A stretch of 64,000 nt of DNA from Amoebidium appalachense (GCA_963693365.1 CAVNZM010000006.1:3472001-3536000), one strand, 5' to 3'. Counted from the first letter of the stretch, positions 40,230 to 53,920 are shown. The notes: a model not told the origin generated them from the letters alone. Numbers and translations are program-made.

Positions 40230-41100
40230 CTCACCGTATAATACAAATATGACATGTATCCGACACATACCTATGTACTAGGATTTTATGGTCGGTACTT
40301 AAAAAATTAAAAATAGAAAGTATAAATTAGATTTACGGATTCGAAACTGAAGCTAATATAATTATGTCGCACAAGGATAGTAACAGTTGGGAAGTTGATT
40401 TTCATATCATGATGCCAATCAGTGTGCTTTTCACCAATGAAATAAAAAGGGAAGGTACCAATTGAACCTTTTTAATGCAAAAAGAAATGTGGATGCATAT
40501 GAACATGAACCAGCACGATTGATTGATACCTCTGGGGTTTACTGTAGAATATGCATTATTACTGACCAAACTGATTGAGAAGAGAGTTATTGTACACATG
40601 CAGCGGGACTGATTGAAAGAAAACATAGTCGTTTGAATGCATGTGTTTGATTGCAGAGTTGATTGCTTATTATCATCCATGTGATTGATTGAAAAGTGGA
40701 ATGGAAACCATCAACTTCATAAAGTGAACCATATTGCCCTTCAAGTGACTGGAAGATTGATTAAATACAGAATGTACTATTAGCTAACAGAGAGCACTTA
40801 CCTGTTCTCGTCGACCATAATGAATAAGAGGTGATGTGTCCGACTTATTAGCCAAGCCGTCCGAACCCAAACCACAGCAACAGTCTCGTAAGAATGCAGG
40901 GGACGTTACACTAGCAGTGAACCCTAAACACTGCGGCACAAGTGCCTTGAACTTTTCATTTCGACAAAGACTGTGTGCTGCGGCTGGGGTTCAAGCACGG
41001 ACAGGGTAAACCCCGTCCACTTGGTTTTCAGCCGAGGCACGGAGGGGGGGGAGGGGGGAAGGGGGGGGGGATTTTGTTTAGGAGACTATGTGTGCCAGAC

Positions 41101-41381
41101 CTCGGGTGAACCTCACGCCCTTGGGTGAGTGTTCAGATGCTCCGCTTTGCCCTCACTGAACACACTAAGTGTCAGGTCTCGGGTGAACCTCACGCCCTTG
41201 GGTGACTGTTCAGATGCTCCGCTTTGCCCTCACTGAACACACTAAGTTTCAGGTCTCGGGTGAACCTCACGCCCTTGGGTGACTGTTCAGATGCTCCGCT
41301 TTGCCCTCACTGAACACACTAAGTTTCAGGTCTCGGGTGAACCTCACGCCCTTGGGTGACTGTTCAGATCCTCCGCTTTGC
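41101..41381. repeat. 77-bp tandem repeat, ~3.6 near-identical copies
   Basis: ctcgggtgaacctcacgcccttggg recurs at 41101, 41178, 41255 and 41332. Confidence 0.95.
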
Positions 41382-41413
41382 ACATTGTGCGGGGCCTGTG
41401 TGTGTGTGTGTGT

Positions 41414-41444
<31 letters not shown>

Positions 41445-41474
41445 AGTGTGAGTGTGAGTGTGAGTGTGAGTGTG

Positions 41475-41538
<64 letters not shown>

Positions 41539-41622
41539 TGTTTGTGAGTGTGAGTGTGAGTGTGAGTGTGAGTGTGAGTGTGTGTGTGTGAGTGTGTGAG
41601 TGAGTGTGTGTGTGTGAGTGTG

Positions 41623-41676
<54 letters not shown>

Positions 41677-41695
41677 TGTGAGTGTGTGAGTGTGA

Positions 41696-41742
<47 letters not shown>

Positions 41743-42194
41743 TGTGTGTGTGTGCTTTTTTTTTTTTTTTTTGGGGGGGGGGGGGTTATAATGCGCAGTA
41801 TATATTAAGGACGGACAACACGCAGGCGCGGGGGGAGGGGGGAGGGGGGGGGGGGGGGGGGACGGCAAAAAAGGAAGAACACTTTAATGCAAACAAACTG
41901 TAAGCAAATTGGCAGGGATGGGGAATGGATATTAGAATGGGCTGGTTGCAGGTAAACTCGAGTGAGCCTCAGGTTGGGCAATGAGAACAAGCAGCTGTGT
42001 CGAAGCCCTTCTTGCTGCCTTGACGCTGGACCCCGCGGCTGCTCGAAGATGCCTGTCAGGCCCTTTCTGGCTTCTGTGTTCGTGCTTTTCTTGCAGCTCT
42101 TGTGTTCTTACAGACCAGTAAGAAATAGAGGAAAAGGATGAAATTGAATATTCACTGACAGAATGTGCGTGTATAAGTGCTGTGTGTGTTTGTG

Positions 42195-42225
<31 letters not shown>

Positions 42226-42626
42226 TTTTTTTTGGGGGGGGGGGGGGGGGGAGATGGGAGGCCGGGGAGGGGGGGGGGGGGGGGAGGGGGGGATGACAGA
42301 AGCGCGCTGGTGGTGGTGGTGGTGGTGGTGGTTGGGGGGGGGGGTACCAGAAGTTTGCAATGAGTGTATGGCTAGCAACATGTCCACGCCTTTCCGTAAG
42401 CACATCGGATCTGGTGGTGCTTTGTTGGTTGAGGACAACCTCTGCAGGCAACAGAGAAGCGTGAGCCACTTTGGCAACCATTAGCTTGTTGCAATCTCGA
42501 TTAGTGCTTCAATACCACCACTTAAAAGCCATTCCTCACCAACCCCTCCTTAGCTTGTTTGTGCACGGTAGCGTGACTGAATACATGTGGGTTTTGGCGC
42601 AGGTTGGTGGCGACGTTTTTTTTTTT

Positions 42627-42657
<31 letters not shown>

Positions 42658-44547
42658 GGGAGGGGGGGAGGGGGGCAAGGGGAAGATGTGCGACAACGAA
42701 GAGGAAGTGGGTGCATAATTGTTGGATATAAATGGGTGGTGATTTAGCTAGTCAGTGGACTGTTTTACTTAATGGAAACTCCCGCTAAACTTCTATTAGC
42801 AACTGATGATCAGAGGCACAGCAAGGAATTGTGGAGACGGAGAGGTAGTCCTTGATTTCCGAGGTGCATGCATGATAATTTGGCATTGGTGGTCGTGTGT
42901 ATGTGTGCGAAAGAGGGGGAGGAAGGGGGAGGGGTGAGGGGGGAATTGGTGAATATATGGGTGGTATTTTGGTGAAACGGTGAAAACGTATTACTTCTTG
43001 GTCACTTTCACTCAAACTTCTCTTGCTAGTGGGTTCTTCTAGAGTTTCAAAATGAGCTGCTGTGTTCTTCTAGACCAAAAAAAAAAAAAGAGGAAACAAA
43101 GGAAGAAATTTGAAACTCCACCTACAGCATACAATGTTTAAGTGCTGGAGGGGATGGTGAGTGTGTGTATGTTTGAGGTTTTTTTTTTTTTTTTTTTTCC
43201 CTTCTTTTTTTGGGGGGGGAGGGGGGGGGGGGGGGGGGGAGGAGGGAGGGGGGAAGGGGGGAAGGGAGGGAGATGGGAAGAACGGGGGGGAGGGGGTGGT
43301 GGTGGTGGTGGGGGGGGGGGGGGGGGGGGAGGGGGGGAGTACCCGAAGTTTGTAGTGAGTGTGTGGCTGACAAGATGTCCACGCCTTCCCGCAAGCACGT
43401 CGGATCTGGTGAAGTGTTGTCCGTTGAAAGCAAGCTCTGAAGGGAAAAGTGACACATGAGCATCTCCGGCAACTATTAGTTTTTGCAACCTCGATTATTG
43501 CTTCACTATGCTGCATGGTTCTTCTACTAGTAGTTAAAGGAACAGCAACGAATTGTGGAGGCGGAGAGGTAATCCTTCATTTCCGGCGTGCATGCACAGT
43601 AAGTTGGCATTGGTGTGTATGTGTGCGAACGAGGAAGGGAGGCGGGGGGGGGGGGGGGGGGGGGGGGGGAGGGGGGAATCGTTGTGAATGTATGGGTGGT
43701 GACTTGGCGAATCAGTGGAAGGTATTGCTTCTTGGTCACTTTCACTCAGTTTTCTTGCTGGTGGGTTCTAGAGAGATAGAAAGCACAGCCTAAAAGCTCT
43801 CTTGCTGATTGTTTTCTTGCAGCTGGTGGGTTCTTCCAGACCAAAAAGAAGCAGAGTATGTAAATAAAGCAAGAAATCGGAAACTCCACTGACAGCATGT
43901 GCATGTATTAGTGCTGGGGGGAGGGGATGGGGGGGGGGGGGGGGGGAGGAAGGACGGGGCGTTGTTGCATACAGGACGGGTGTATGGGTGGTGGTTTGGT
44001 GAATCAGTGCTATATGTTGCTTCTTGGTCACTCCCACTCAGAGTTTTCTTGCTGGCTGTTTTCTTGCAGCTGGTGGGTTCTTCTAGAACAAAAAGAAACA
44101 CAGAATGTAAATAAAAGGAGAAATCTGAAACTCCACCTACGGAATGCGCGTGTATAAGTGCTGGCGGGGATGAAGGTTTGTTTGTGTGTGTGTTTATATA
44201 TGATATGGTGTGTGCGTGCGTACGTGCGTGCATGCGTAATGGGGAGGGGGGGGGGGGGGGGGGGGAGGGTACCCGATGTTGTAATGAGGTGGCTGGCAAG
44301 ATGTCCATTTCCGTTAGAACATCGGATCTGGTGGTGCTTTGTCTGTTGAGGACAAGCTCTGCAGGCAACAAAGAAATATGAGCCTCCCCAGCAACTACTA
44401 GCTTGTTGCACTCTCGATCATGATTGCTTCATAATGCTGCAAAATTCTTCTATCAGTATTCAAAGGCATATTAAGGAATTGTGGAGACGGAGAGGCAATT
44501 CTTCACTTCCGGTGTGCATGGATACATACTAAGTCGGCATGGGTGGT

Positions 44548-44673
<126 letters not shown>

Positions 44674-44700
44674 GAGAAGGGGGGGGAGAAGGGGGGGGGG

Positions 44701-45012
44701 GGGGTTGAATGCGTCAAAAAGTACGAAGTACACAAGAACAAACGGATAACACGATGCAGAATGTAAGCCATACATAAAGAGTATGCATAATAAGCAGAGC
44801 CCATCCTCAGGTGGGGCCCACGTCATCCACAGTACCCGAGCTTCGAACTATTCACCTCGTTAACGAAACCCAACTCAGATACTGTTTCACTTGAACATGG
44901 GTAGGTCACCCGTCTTGATCAGAGACGAGCAGGGTTGCTTATGCAGGCAAGGGCAGTGGGAAAGGTCGGGGGTTAAAGTTGCAGCAGTAAGCAGAAGCAA
45001 GAAAAATATAGA
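44701..45012 (-). mobile_element. SINE-like repeat family A, ~310-bp copy inserted in the tandem array
   Basis: Colinear with 18909-19221; carries a consensus B box GTTCGAAGC on the minus strand (~44835-44848). Confidence 0.7.
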
Positions 45013-45075
45013 AGGGGGACGGGTTAAAGGACAGTGTGAATGCTTGGGTGCTGGTTTGGTAAATCAGTACAAGGC

Positions 45076-45109
<34 letters not shown>

Positions 45110-45309
45110 TTAGTTCTTAATCACTTCAACTCAAGTTTTCTCACTGGTGGGTTCTAGAGTGACTAAAGCACCGGTAGGAAACTTTTATTGCTGGTTGTTT
45201 TCTTGAAGCTGGTGGTTTCTTCCAGACGAGAAAGAACTTCAGAGGAAACTAAAAAAGAAGTTTGAAACTCCACTAACAGCATATGAGTGTATAAGTAATG
45301 TGTGATCGT

Positions 45310-45391
<82 letters not shown>

Positions 45392-45425
45392 TGTGTTTAT
45401 TTTATTTTTATTTCTATTTTTCTTC

Positions 45426-45460
<35 letters not shown>

Positions 45461-45673
45461 GGGGGGGGGGGGGGGGAGTACCAGAAGTTTGTAATGAGTG
45501 TATGGCTAGCAACATGTCCACGCCTTTCCGTAAGCACATCGGATCTGGTGGTGCTTTGTCTGTTGAAGGCAAGCTTTGCAGGAAAAAGCGAAGCAGGAGA
45601 CTCTATGGCAACTATTAGCTTGTTGCAGTCTCAATTATAGCTTCACTATGCTGCATGGTGCAAATTGTGGAAG

Positions 45674-46826
45674 CGAGGGTGAACAAGCAGCTGTGTCGAA
45701 GCCCTCCTTGCTGCCTTGACGCTGGACCCCGCCGCTGCTTGAAGATGCCTGTCAGACCCCAGCTAAATTTCGCAAAAAAAAAAAAAACGTTACGACCATG
45801 CTCCCTTGAAGCTGGGGCTGACGGCTGGCGACACAGCCACTAGTCAACCTCTGCTGTGCACCGCATAGCGGCGGTCTAGCTTAACGGGTAGCCGAGGGTG
45901 AACAAGCAGCTGTGTCGAAGCCCTCCTTGCTGCCTTGACGCTGGCCCCCCCGCTGCTTGAAGATGCCTGTCAGACCCCAGCTAAGCTTCGCAAAAAACGT
46001 TGCAACTACGCTCCCTTGAAGCTGGGGCTGACGGCTTACGACACAGCCACTTGTCAACCCTCTGCTGTGCACCGCATAGTGGCGGTCTAGCTTAACGGGT
46101 AGCCGAGGGCGAACAAGCAGCTGTGTCGAAGCCCTCCTTGCTGCCTTGCTGCCTTGACGCGGGACCCTGCCGCTGCTCAAAGATGCCTGTCAGACCCCAG
46201 CTGAGCTTCGCAAAAAACGTTGCGACTACGCTCCCTTGAAGCTGGGGCTGACGACTTCCGACACAGCCACTAGGCAACCCTCTGCTGGGCACCGCTTAGT
46301 AACGGTCTGCTGGGGGGGGGGGGGGTGTAAGAGAAAATGGAAGCTACAAAGATTATCAACGGTTGAGGTGTGAAACAAAAGCAATGGGCCTTGAAGTCGT
46401 TCGGTCAACAAAAGTTTTTGTAAAATGCAATGCATACCCCCCCCCCCCCCCCCCCTCCCCCCCCCCCCCCCCCCCCCCCCCCACAAAACACACACACACA
46501 CACCCTTTCCCTTCTGTCCCCCTGAACCTCTGACGTATCCTATAACTTTTTACCTTCCTAGAAGGGCAGGACCCTGCGGCTGCTCGAAGATACCTGTCAG
46601 ACCCCAGCTGAGCTTCGCAAAAAAAGTTGCGACTACGCTCCCTTGAAGCTGGGGCTGACGGCTTGCGACACAGCCACTAGGCAACCCTCTGCTGTGCCCC
46701 GCATGGTGGCGGTCAGCTTAACGTGTAGCCGAAGGTGAACAAGCAGCTGCGTCGAAGCACTCCTTGCTGCCTTGACGCTGGATCTCGCGGCTGCTCGAAG
46801 ATGCCTGTCAGACCCTAGCTGAGCTT
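45674..46826. repeat. ~210-220-bp GC-rich self-complementary tandem repeat
   Basis: Units start at ~45674, 45893 and 46103; more at ~46568-46826 and a fragment at ~41985-42062. Confidence 0.9.
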
Positions 46827-46932
46827 ATGTGTTGGTTGTTTTCTTGCAGTTGTTGTGTTCTTCCAGACCAATAAGAAACAGAGGAGCTAAAGAAATTTGA
46901 AAATCCACTAACAGAATGCCCGTGTATAAGTG

Positions 46933-46970
<38 letters not shown>

Positions 46971-47023
46971 GTGTGTGTTTGTATGTATTTGGGGAAGGGG
47001 AGCGCATGTTTTTAGAGAGGGGG

Positions 47024-47057
<34 letters not shown>

Positions 47058-49978
47058 GGGGAAAGGGGGGAGAGGGGATGGGAGGAGCGGGGAGCGGGGA
47101 GGGGGGAGAGAGGGAGGGGGAGATGAGAGAAACACGTTGGGGGGGGGGGGGGGTTGAGGGGAGGTACCCGAAGCTTGTAATGAGTGCAAGGCTGGCAAGA
47201 TGTCCACCCCTTTCCGTAAACATGTCGGACCTCGTGGTGCTTTGTCTGCGACAGTCTGTGTCTCTCGGGCAACTGTTAGCTTTTTGCATCCTGGACTATT
47301 GCATCACTACGCTGCATCATATCTTTTATTATCAGAGACACAGCAAGGAATTGTGGGGGCGGAGAGCTAATCCTTCACTTCCAGGGTGCATGCTTACGAA
47401 ATTCGGCATTGGTGGTGGTGTGTATGTGTGCGAAAGAGGGGGAGGAGTTGGAGGGAGAGAGGGGGGGGGGCGCGGGAGAGGGGGGAGGGGGGGGGGGTAA
47501 AAGATATGTGTGAATACAGTGGTGGTGGTTTAGTGAATCAGTGAAATGCATTGCTTCCTGGCCACTTCCACTCAAATTCTTCTTGCTGGTGGGTTCCGAA
47601 TAATAAAAAACACAGGATGAGAAATTCTCTTGCTGGTTGTTTTCTCGCTGGTGGGTTCTTCCAGACCAATAAGAAACAAAGGAGATAAAGGTAGAAATTC
47701 GATAATCTACTTAGAGCTGGTGGGGGTGGTGGTGTGTGTGTGTGTTTGAGTGTTTTTTTTTTTTTTTGAGGGGGGGGGGGAGGAAAAGGGAGGGGAGGGG
47801 GAGGGGGGGGGGGGGGGGGGAGGGAGATGGGAAGAGCGCGGGGGAAAGGGGGGGGGGGGGGGGGGGGGGGAGGGGGGTTACCCGAAGTTTGTAATGAGTG
47901 TGGTTTGTAATGAGTGTGGCTAGCCTAGAAGATGTCTAGGCCTTTCCGTCAGCACATCGGGACTGGTGGTGCTTTGTCTGTTGAAGGCAAGCTCTGCAGG
48001 CAAAAGAAAACATGAGCCTTCCTCGGAACTATCAGCTTTTTGCAGTCTCGATTATTGCTGCACTATCTATGCTGCATGATTCTATCAGTAATTAATGGCA
48101 CAGCAAGGAATTGTGGAGTCGGAGAGACAATCCTTTACTTCCGGTGTGCATGCATATTAAGTCGGCATTGGTGGTAGTGTATTATGTATGTGTGAAAGAG
48201 GTGAAGGAGAGGGGGGCGAGAGGGGGGGGGGGGGGGGGGGGGGGGGTAGAGGATGGGTGTATGGGTGGTGGCTTGGTGAATCAGTGCCATGTGTTAAGTC
48301 TTGGTCACTTCCACGCAAAGTTTTCTTGCTGGTGGGTTCTAGAGTAGGTTACAAAAAAAACAAAGGAAGAAAACCTCTCTTGCTGGTTGTTTTCTTACGG
48401 CTGGTGGGTTCTTCCAGACCAAAAAGAAACAGAGGAAGTAAAGTAAGAGGTTTGAAACTCCATTTACAGCTGGCGGTGATGGTGGTGAGTGTGTGTGTGT
48501 GTGCATGTTTTTTTTTTTTTTTTTTTTTTTTGGGGGGGGGGGGGGGGGAGGGGAGGGGGGGCGGTTGAGGGGGAGAGGGGGAGGGGGAGGGGAGGAGGGA
48601 GGGGGGGATGGGAAGAGCGGGTGTGTGTACACATGTGTGTGTTGGGGGGGGGGGGGGGGGGGGGGGGGGGAGGTAGGGGGGTACCAGAAGTTTGCAGTGA
48701 GTGTGTGGCTGCAAGGTGTCCACGCCTTTCCGTAAGCACCATGAATCTGGTCGGATTTTGTCTGTCGAAGCGGCTCTGCAGGCAAAATAGCAACATGAGC
48801 CTCTCCCAACCCGCATCTATTAGCTTTTTGCAGTCTCGATTATTGCTTCATTACCACCACTAGTGGTCATTCCTTAATACCCCTTTTTAGCTTGTTTGAG
48901 CATGTGTACGGGTGTGTTCGTGCAAGTTTGTTTGCGCATTGCTCGTGTGCGTGCTTGCTTGGTTGCTTGGTTGATTGGAAGCATGATTGATTGGTTTCAG
49001 CAATTTGGTGGGTCGTGTACTTCTTTGATTTCTTGTTTCTTGCTTCTCTCAGGTTCGCTTTGCTTGGTTGTTTGGTTTCGTGCCGGTTAAGCGTGGCGAT
49101 GCTAGGTCTTCTGCACTCGTTCTTATTCCCGTGCTTGCTTGGCGACTTAACTGCTTGCTGTTGTCTGTTTGCCTGTCTGGCTTCGTGCTTACTTGTTTTC
49201 AAGTGTTGTATCTTTTTGTGTATGCGCGTGTTCGTGTGTGTGCGTGTGTGCATGTCTGGGCTAGAACTTTCATACCCATTTTTCGTCGAAAAGGGGATTC
49301 CCGTCTCTGTTCATCAGTAATGCTGGAGTGCAGCCGGGTGATATCGAGTTAGGAGCCGAATGTTGTTATGCCTACACTTTGTGGACCCCTCGCAATTTTA
49401 ATCTTTTTGTGTAGCTCTTTTTTTCAAACGGGTAACGAGTGTGTGGCGGCTACCGGCTACTATAGAGGCCGGCACAGTCAGGGCGTGCGTGTCAGCCCGT
49501 CGTTCCATTCTAGGTCAAACAGACTCAACCCCACAGCAGACTGAGCAGAGAGAGCCGGTCCCTAGAGTGCATCAGAAAAAGGCTCGATCCGTTGAACCAC
49601 ATGCACGGTGCCTTTCAGAGAATGCTATGTAGTCTCCAAGGCTATGTACCCACTGGCTTACGTAAGTGGCCGGGGACTACTACAATACGTGTCGCCTGCG
49701 GCAACATTAAAAAAAAAAAAAAAAAGAGGCGGCAGGGAAGACAGCACTCAGAGTGACTACAGTTGATGCCGTCACTATTAAGGGATACGGGATCGGCGAT
49801 TTTGAGTGGTCCCCGATTTCTTTCTGGCGCCGCATTTTTTCCCCCTGATTACGTAACGCGTTGCTACGCACCCACACCGTACAACGAGTTTTGTGTTCGC
49901 ACGTTAACGCAGAGGGCGCACAACCCGAAAGAATTTTTTTCATGAAAAGAAACTACTTTGAATACATGCACTTTTACC

Positions 49979-52351
49979 ATGGGTGTGCAGGGCTTGCTCC
50001 CAGCACTCGGCATTAGTGCCGAAAAAGCCACAGATGTTACTGCAGAGTTGCAACGTGGGGTAGTTGCTTTTGACGGGATGGTGCAGGTCCACAAGTCCTT
50101 TTCAGTTTTCGCTGACACAGTAGCCAAACAGCAAATAGATGACAAAAAAGTCACAGACGACACATATGCAGCTATTGCAAATCACTTTATGTCCAAAGTT
50201 AATACGTATAGGCTAGCAGGGGTCCAGCCACACTATGTGTTTGATGGGCGCAGATTGAAAGAGGGAAAACTAGTTGATAACGACCGTGCAGAAAAGGTGG
50301 TCAAAGCCCGCCAAGAAATAGCCACAAAAAGAGAGAAACAGGAGGAGGTAACTAAAAACAAATGGAGAAGCGCTGCAGAGTTAGATAACAGAGTTTTACA
50401 TGCAATCATCCTTTGACTGAAAGATGAGAATGTCGATTACACAGTAGCTCCATACGAAGCAGACCCCCAGCTTGCCTATATGGCACGTACCGGTTTGGCA
50501 CACACTGTTGTCACTGAGGATGCCGACCTTCTTCTGTATAACATCCCGCGGGTTGTATACAAACTGCGCATTGCGGATGTGGCGGTCATCCCTGGGACCG
50601 CTAATGCGGTGCGCATTCCCAAACTGTACGGAGTGATTGTAACCCCCGCCGATGTTTTTACCAGAAGCACGAAGTACAACTTCGACGGATGGGATATAGA
50701 AATACTGCGTTATTTTGCTATTGTGAATGGCTGTGATTATGTGAAAAAGCTCAGGGGAATCGGCATGGGCACTTTGCACGCAGCTGTAAGTGAGGCGTGC
50801 CGGGCCTGGGGACGCGAGGGAAGGCCGGTAGCTGCGGGGGTTGTGTTCACAGATCTGCTCCAGCATATACAACGGGTCAGAAAGGGGAAAAGAGGGAAGG
50901 AAAAGCCCGTTAAAAGCACAGAAAACAAGCAGGGTGGGGACGAACGGGCAGGAAGAGTCGAAATCGGACGGAAAGGAGGTGAAGCAGTGGAGGAAGAGGT
51001 TGAGTGGTGGGATCTTGAATACGAACATGGAACGTATGAAAACGGGGCTGTAGAGGAGGAGGGGGAGGAAGAGGAGGAGAATGGAGAGATGGACGTGGAG
51101 GAGGAAGGGGTGCAGGGGGAAGTACCAGATGATTATGTTGGGGCATGCGTGAAGGCAAACATTATTTTTTTGCACCAGCCAATCACGTACAGGCACCCAA
51201 ATACACGAGCTTGGGTGGTGGACTATTTGACGCCCATTCCCTGCGGCTCCCAGTCGGTATCGCCACGGCGTTTGCGTGCTTACAGATTTATCGAAGGGGC
51301 CCTTGAAAAAATTTTACGTTTGGATCAACATGGTCAAGGTGGGGTGCACAAACACGTCACCGGACGGGTTGATAGACACACAGGTGAGAAAATTCTCGAT
51401 GAAGATGGCTTGCGGGCGGAAGAACTGAAAGCAAAAAACAAATCTTTGATGCAGGAAATTAACAATATGGCAGGGGGGGAAATTTGGGATTACAATCCTG
51501 CTGATCAGCAGAAGGAAATGCCCGTTTGTGACCGGCAGGTTTTGGAAGACTATTTCGTGCACAAAAAGGTTACGATGAAGGTGGGAGGGGGGACGGTCCT
51601 TGTGGCTCGGAACAACCCACAAGCGATAAAGCGGGGACACGCCCGCGCATACATACACGATGCAACCACACTTGGCTTTTGCTATCCAAAACATGATCTT
51701 CCGGAGGGCTGTGAGGAGGGTGACTGCCATTTCTGGTGGCGGGGTATGGTGCAACGCTCGTTTCGGAAGGGGTTCTTTTTCTGTGTTGTTAAATTCATTG
51801 TGGGGAAAGATAACAAAGTGAAAGAGATAGTGGAGGTAAAATGTGTGTGTACTATTGGTCCCAGTGCTGGTTGCTCGCATGGTAGTTGTCTGGTTTGGTC
51901 ACTAATTGCCATGAAAGAGATATGGCAGTTTACTGAGGGCATATGTACGGCCAAAAAATGTGAATGGAAAGTACCAAAGGGAGAAGCAAAACCTGAGCTC
52001 TTAATGAAACCTGCACGTGTGTTGGTGCAAGAGTACAGAACTGCAGACGTGGTGAAAACTAAAAGGGCACGTAATGATGAGGGTGAAGAGGTTATAGAGA
52101 TGCAATATGTAGATGGTACGAAAAAGAGGCGGATAGTAGGACCAAGTGTAGAAGAATTGGCCCAATCATACAAGCCTGACCTTGTAGGGCTCCGTGCATT
52201 TGTACAGCAAATAGACCCTACTGGACACAAGTATAGTTTTACCTGGAATGAAAAGTTTATGATGCAAATGTATCCATCATACAGGGCAGAAAACCACAAA
52301 AAGTGGAAGAAGAAGAAGAAGAACACGAACACTGAAAATGCAACTGAATGA
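49979..52351 (+). pseudogene. EXO1/XPG/FEN1-family 5' nuclease fused to a SWIM zinc finger, intronless, one in-frame TGA at 50414-50416
   Basis: MGVQGLLP, YVFDG, then in frame past the stop LKDENVDYTVAPYEADPQLAYM, VTEDADLL, GCDYVKKLRGIG (H3TH), IFLHQ; C-terminal KCVCTIGPSAGCSH (CxCx7CxH) followed by CTAKKCEWKVP; basic NLS-like tail. Confidence 0.88.
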
Positions 52352-52709
52352 TTCTGTTTTCCTTCCTTCCTTTTTTTTTTTTTTCTTTTTTTTTTTGTTT
52401 ACGTTATCTTTCATAATGTGTGTGTGTGTGTGTGTGGGGGGGGGGGGTTAGTAATCTTCTGACCGATCTAGTGAACCTATAATGAATGAATGAAGACCGT
52501 GTGTCAAATCTGAGAGCAATGTACCAGACCCTGGTGCCTGCATATGTTTCCTACCCCCCCCCCCCCCCCCCCCACCCCCCTCCCCCCGGTCCCTCCTCCC
52601 CCCTTGGTGTTTGCATACGTGCCTACCTGCCCCCCCCCCCCCCCCCCCCCCCCCACACGTGTGTGTGTGGGGGGGGGGGGGCGTGCATGCGTGCGTGTGT
52701 GCAAATCCG

Positions 52710-52768
<59 letters not shown>

Positions 52769-52956
52769 TTCCGTGTGTGCGTGGTTGTGTGTGTGTTTGA
52801 AGGGGGGGGGGAGGGGGGGGGGGGGGGGAGAACGACTCAAGGTTGTACTTGGCACACAAATACATAATAATTTCAATTATTATTATTATTTTCCTATACA
52901 GGAAAAGTGGAGCCCTACTGGCCGAATACATACATGCAAGCATTCATTCATATTTT

Positions 52957-53030
<74 letters not shown>

Positions 53031-53073
53031 CAGAGAAGGGGGCTTTAGGGAGAGGCAATCGAAAACGAAAATT

Positions 53074-53394
53074 CTACACCATGCTTTTGGTGTGCCTGGG
53101 CCCCACCATATCCTTATATAGTGGCTCTTGCATGTTACACAAGAAAGCCACAGCCTTAGCTACCATCCAATGGGTGCCTACCATCGACATCTGCACCTGA
53201 TTGCTAAACAGCTGTTTCCGCTCATACTTTGTTTGCTCCTGCCTGCCTATAGCATTTAACCAAGCATGCCTCCTAGCCAATACATTTGGTTTGCATCCAT
53301 ATGGAACAGTAAAAAGCTTTATCTTCCTGGTAGGATCTTTGGAAGAGACTGTTTCTTCGTCATTTTTGCAGTAGTTAGCCGCGCAAGTTAGCAT
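53074..53394 (-). pseudogene. THAP-domain-like ORF, probable N-terminal remnant of the transposase
   Basis: MLTCAANYCKN..KLFTVP..RRHAWLNAIGR matches the THAP CxxxxC..F..P..W pattern; the distal CxxH is degenerate (VGTHW) or lies in a lost exon. Confidence 0.65.
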
Positions 53395-53825
53395 TGTGAG
53401 TGCCTATCATATATATTTAGAAAACAACCCGCCTTCATGAAAAATGTGCAGCGCAGTTTTGTCCGGACACGTGTGTGGCATGCCGTGTGTACATGGTATA
53501 GCTCGGCCACACGATCTTAGGTGCCCAATAGGCAGATCAAGCCCACTCAATCCAGATAGATATCGATCTGAGCGGCGCCAGAAAGTATTCGAGCCGCGCG
53601 ATCCCGTATCCCTTAATCAGACAGTTGATTGCGCTATTTCACAGGCACACTGGTTCGCAACACACACACGTCACATTCACAACAGACACCCAGAAAGATA
53701 GCCTACCTGTAAATTACAACATCCTTGATTTTATACTAAACACGCGTAACTACGACCTGTTTATTAGATGTATTGATTGGCTTGAGAAACACATCACTAC
53801 AAAATTATAGCGCACACACACACAC

Positions 53826-53882
<57 letters not shown>

Positions 53883-53920
53883 CCAGCTGATACCGAGTGT
53901 CCCGAGGGAAGCCCCTTTGG

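Larger units (their letters stand above)
49782..53612. mobile_element. Kolobok-like DNA transposon, 3831 bp, no recognisable DDE transposase
   Basis: TTAA(49778-49781)|GGGATACGGGATCG ... CGATCCCGTATCCC|TTAA(53613-53616): perfect 14-bp TIR, TTAA TSD, RR..YY ends; contains convergent nuclease-SWIM and THAP ORFs. Confidence 0.88.

Noticed and set aside
41101-41381. Possible CRISPR array
   Set aside because: No unique spacers, no cas genes, eukaryotic context.
49782-53612. piggyBac assignment or host EXO1 gene
   Set aside because: Termini are GG..CC rather than CC..GG; the gene is intronless, SWIM-fused and TIR-bounded, unlike the intron-rich host genes.
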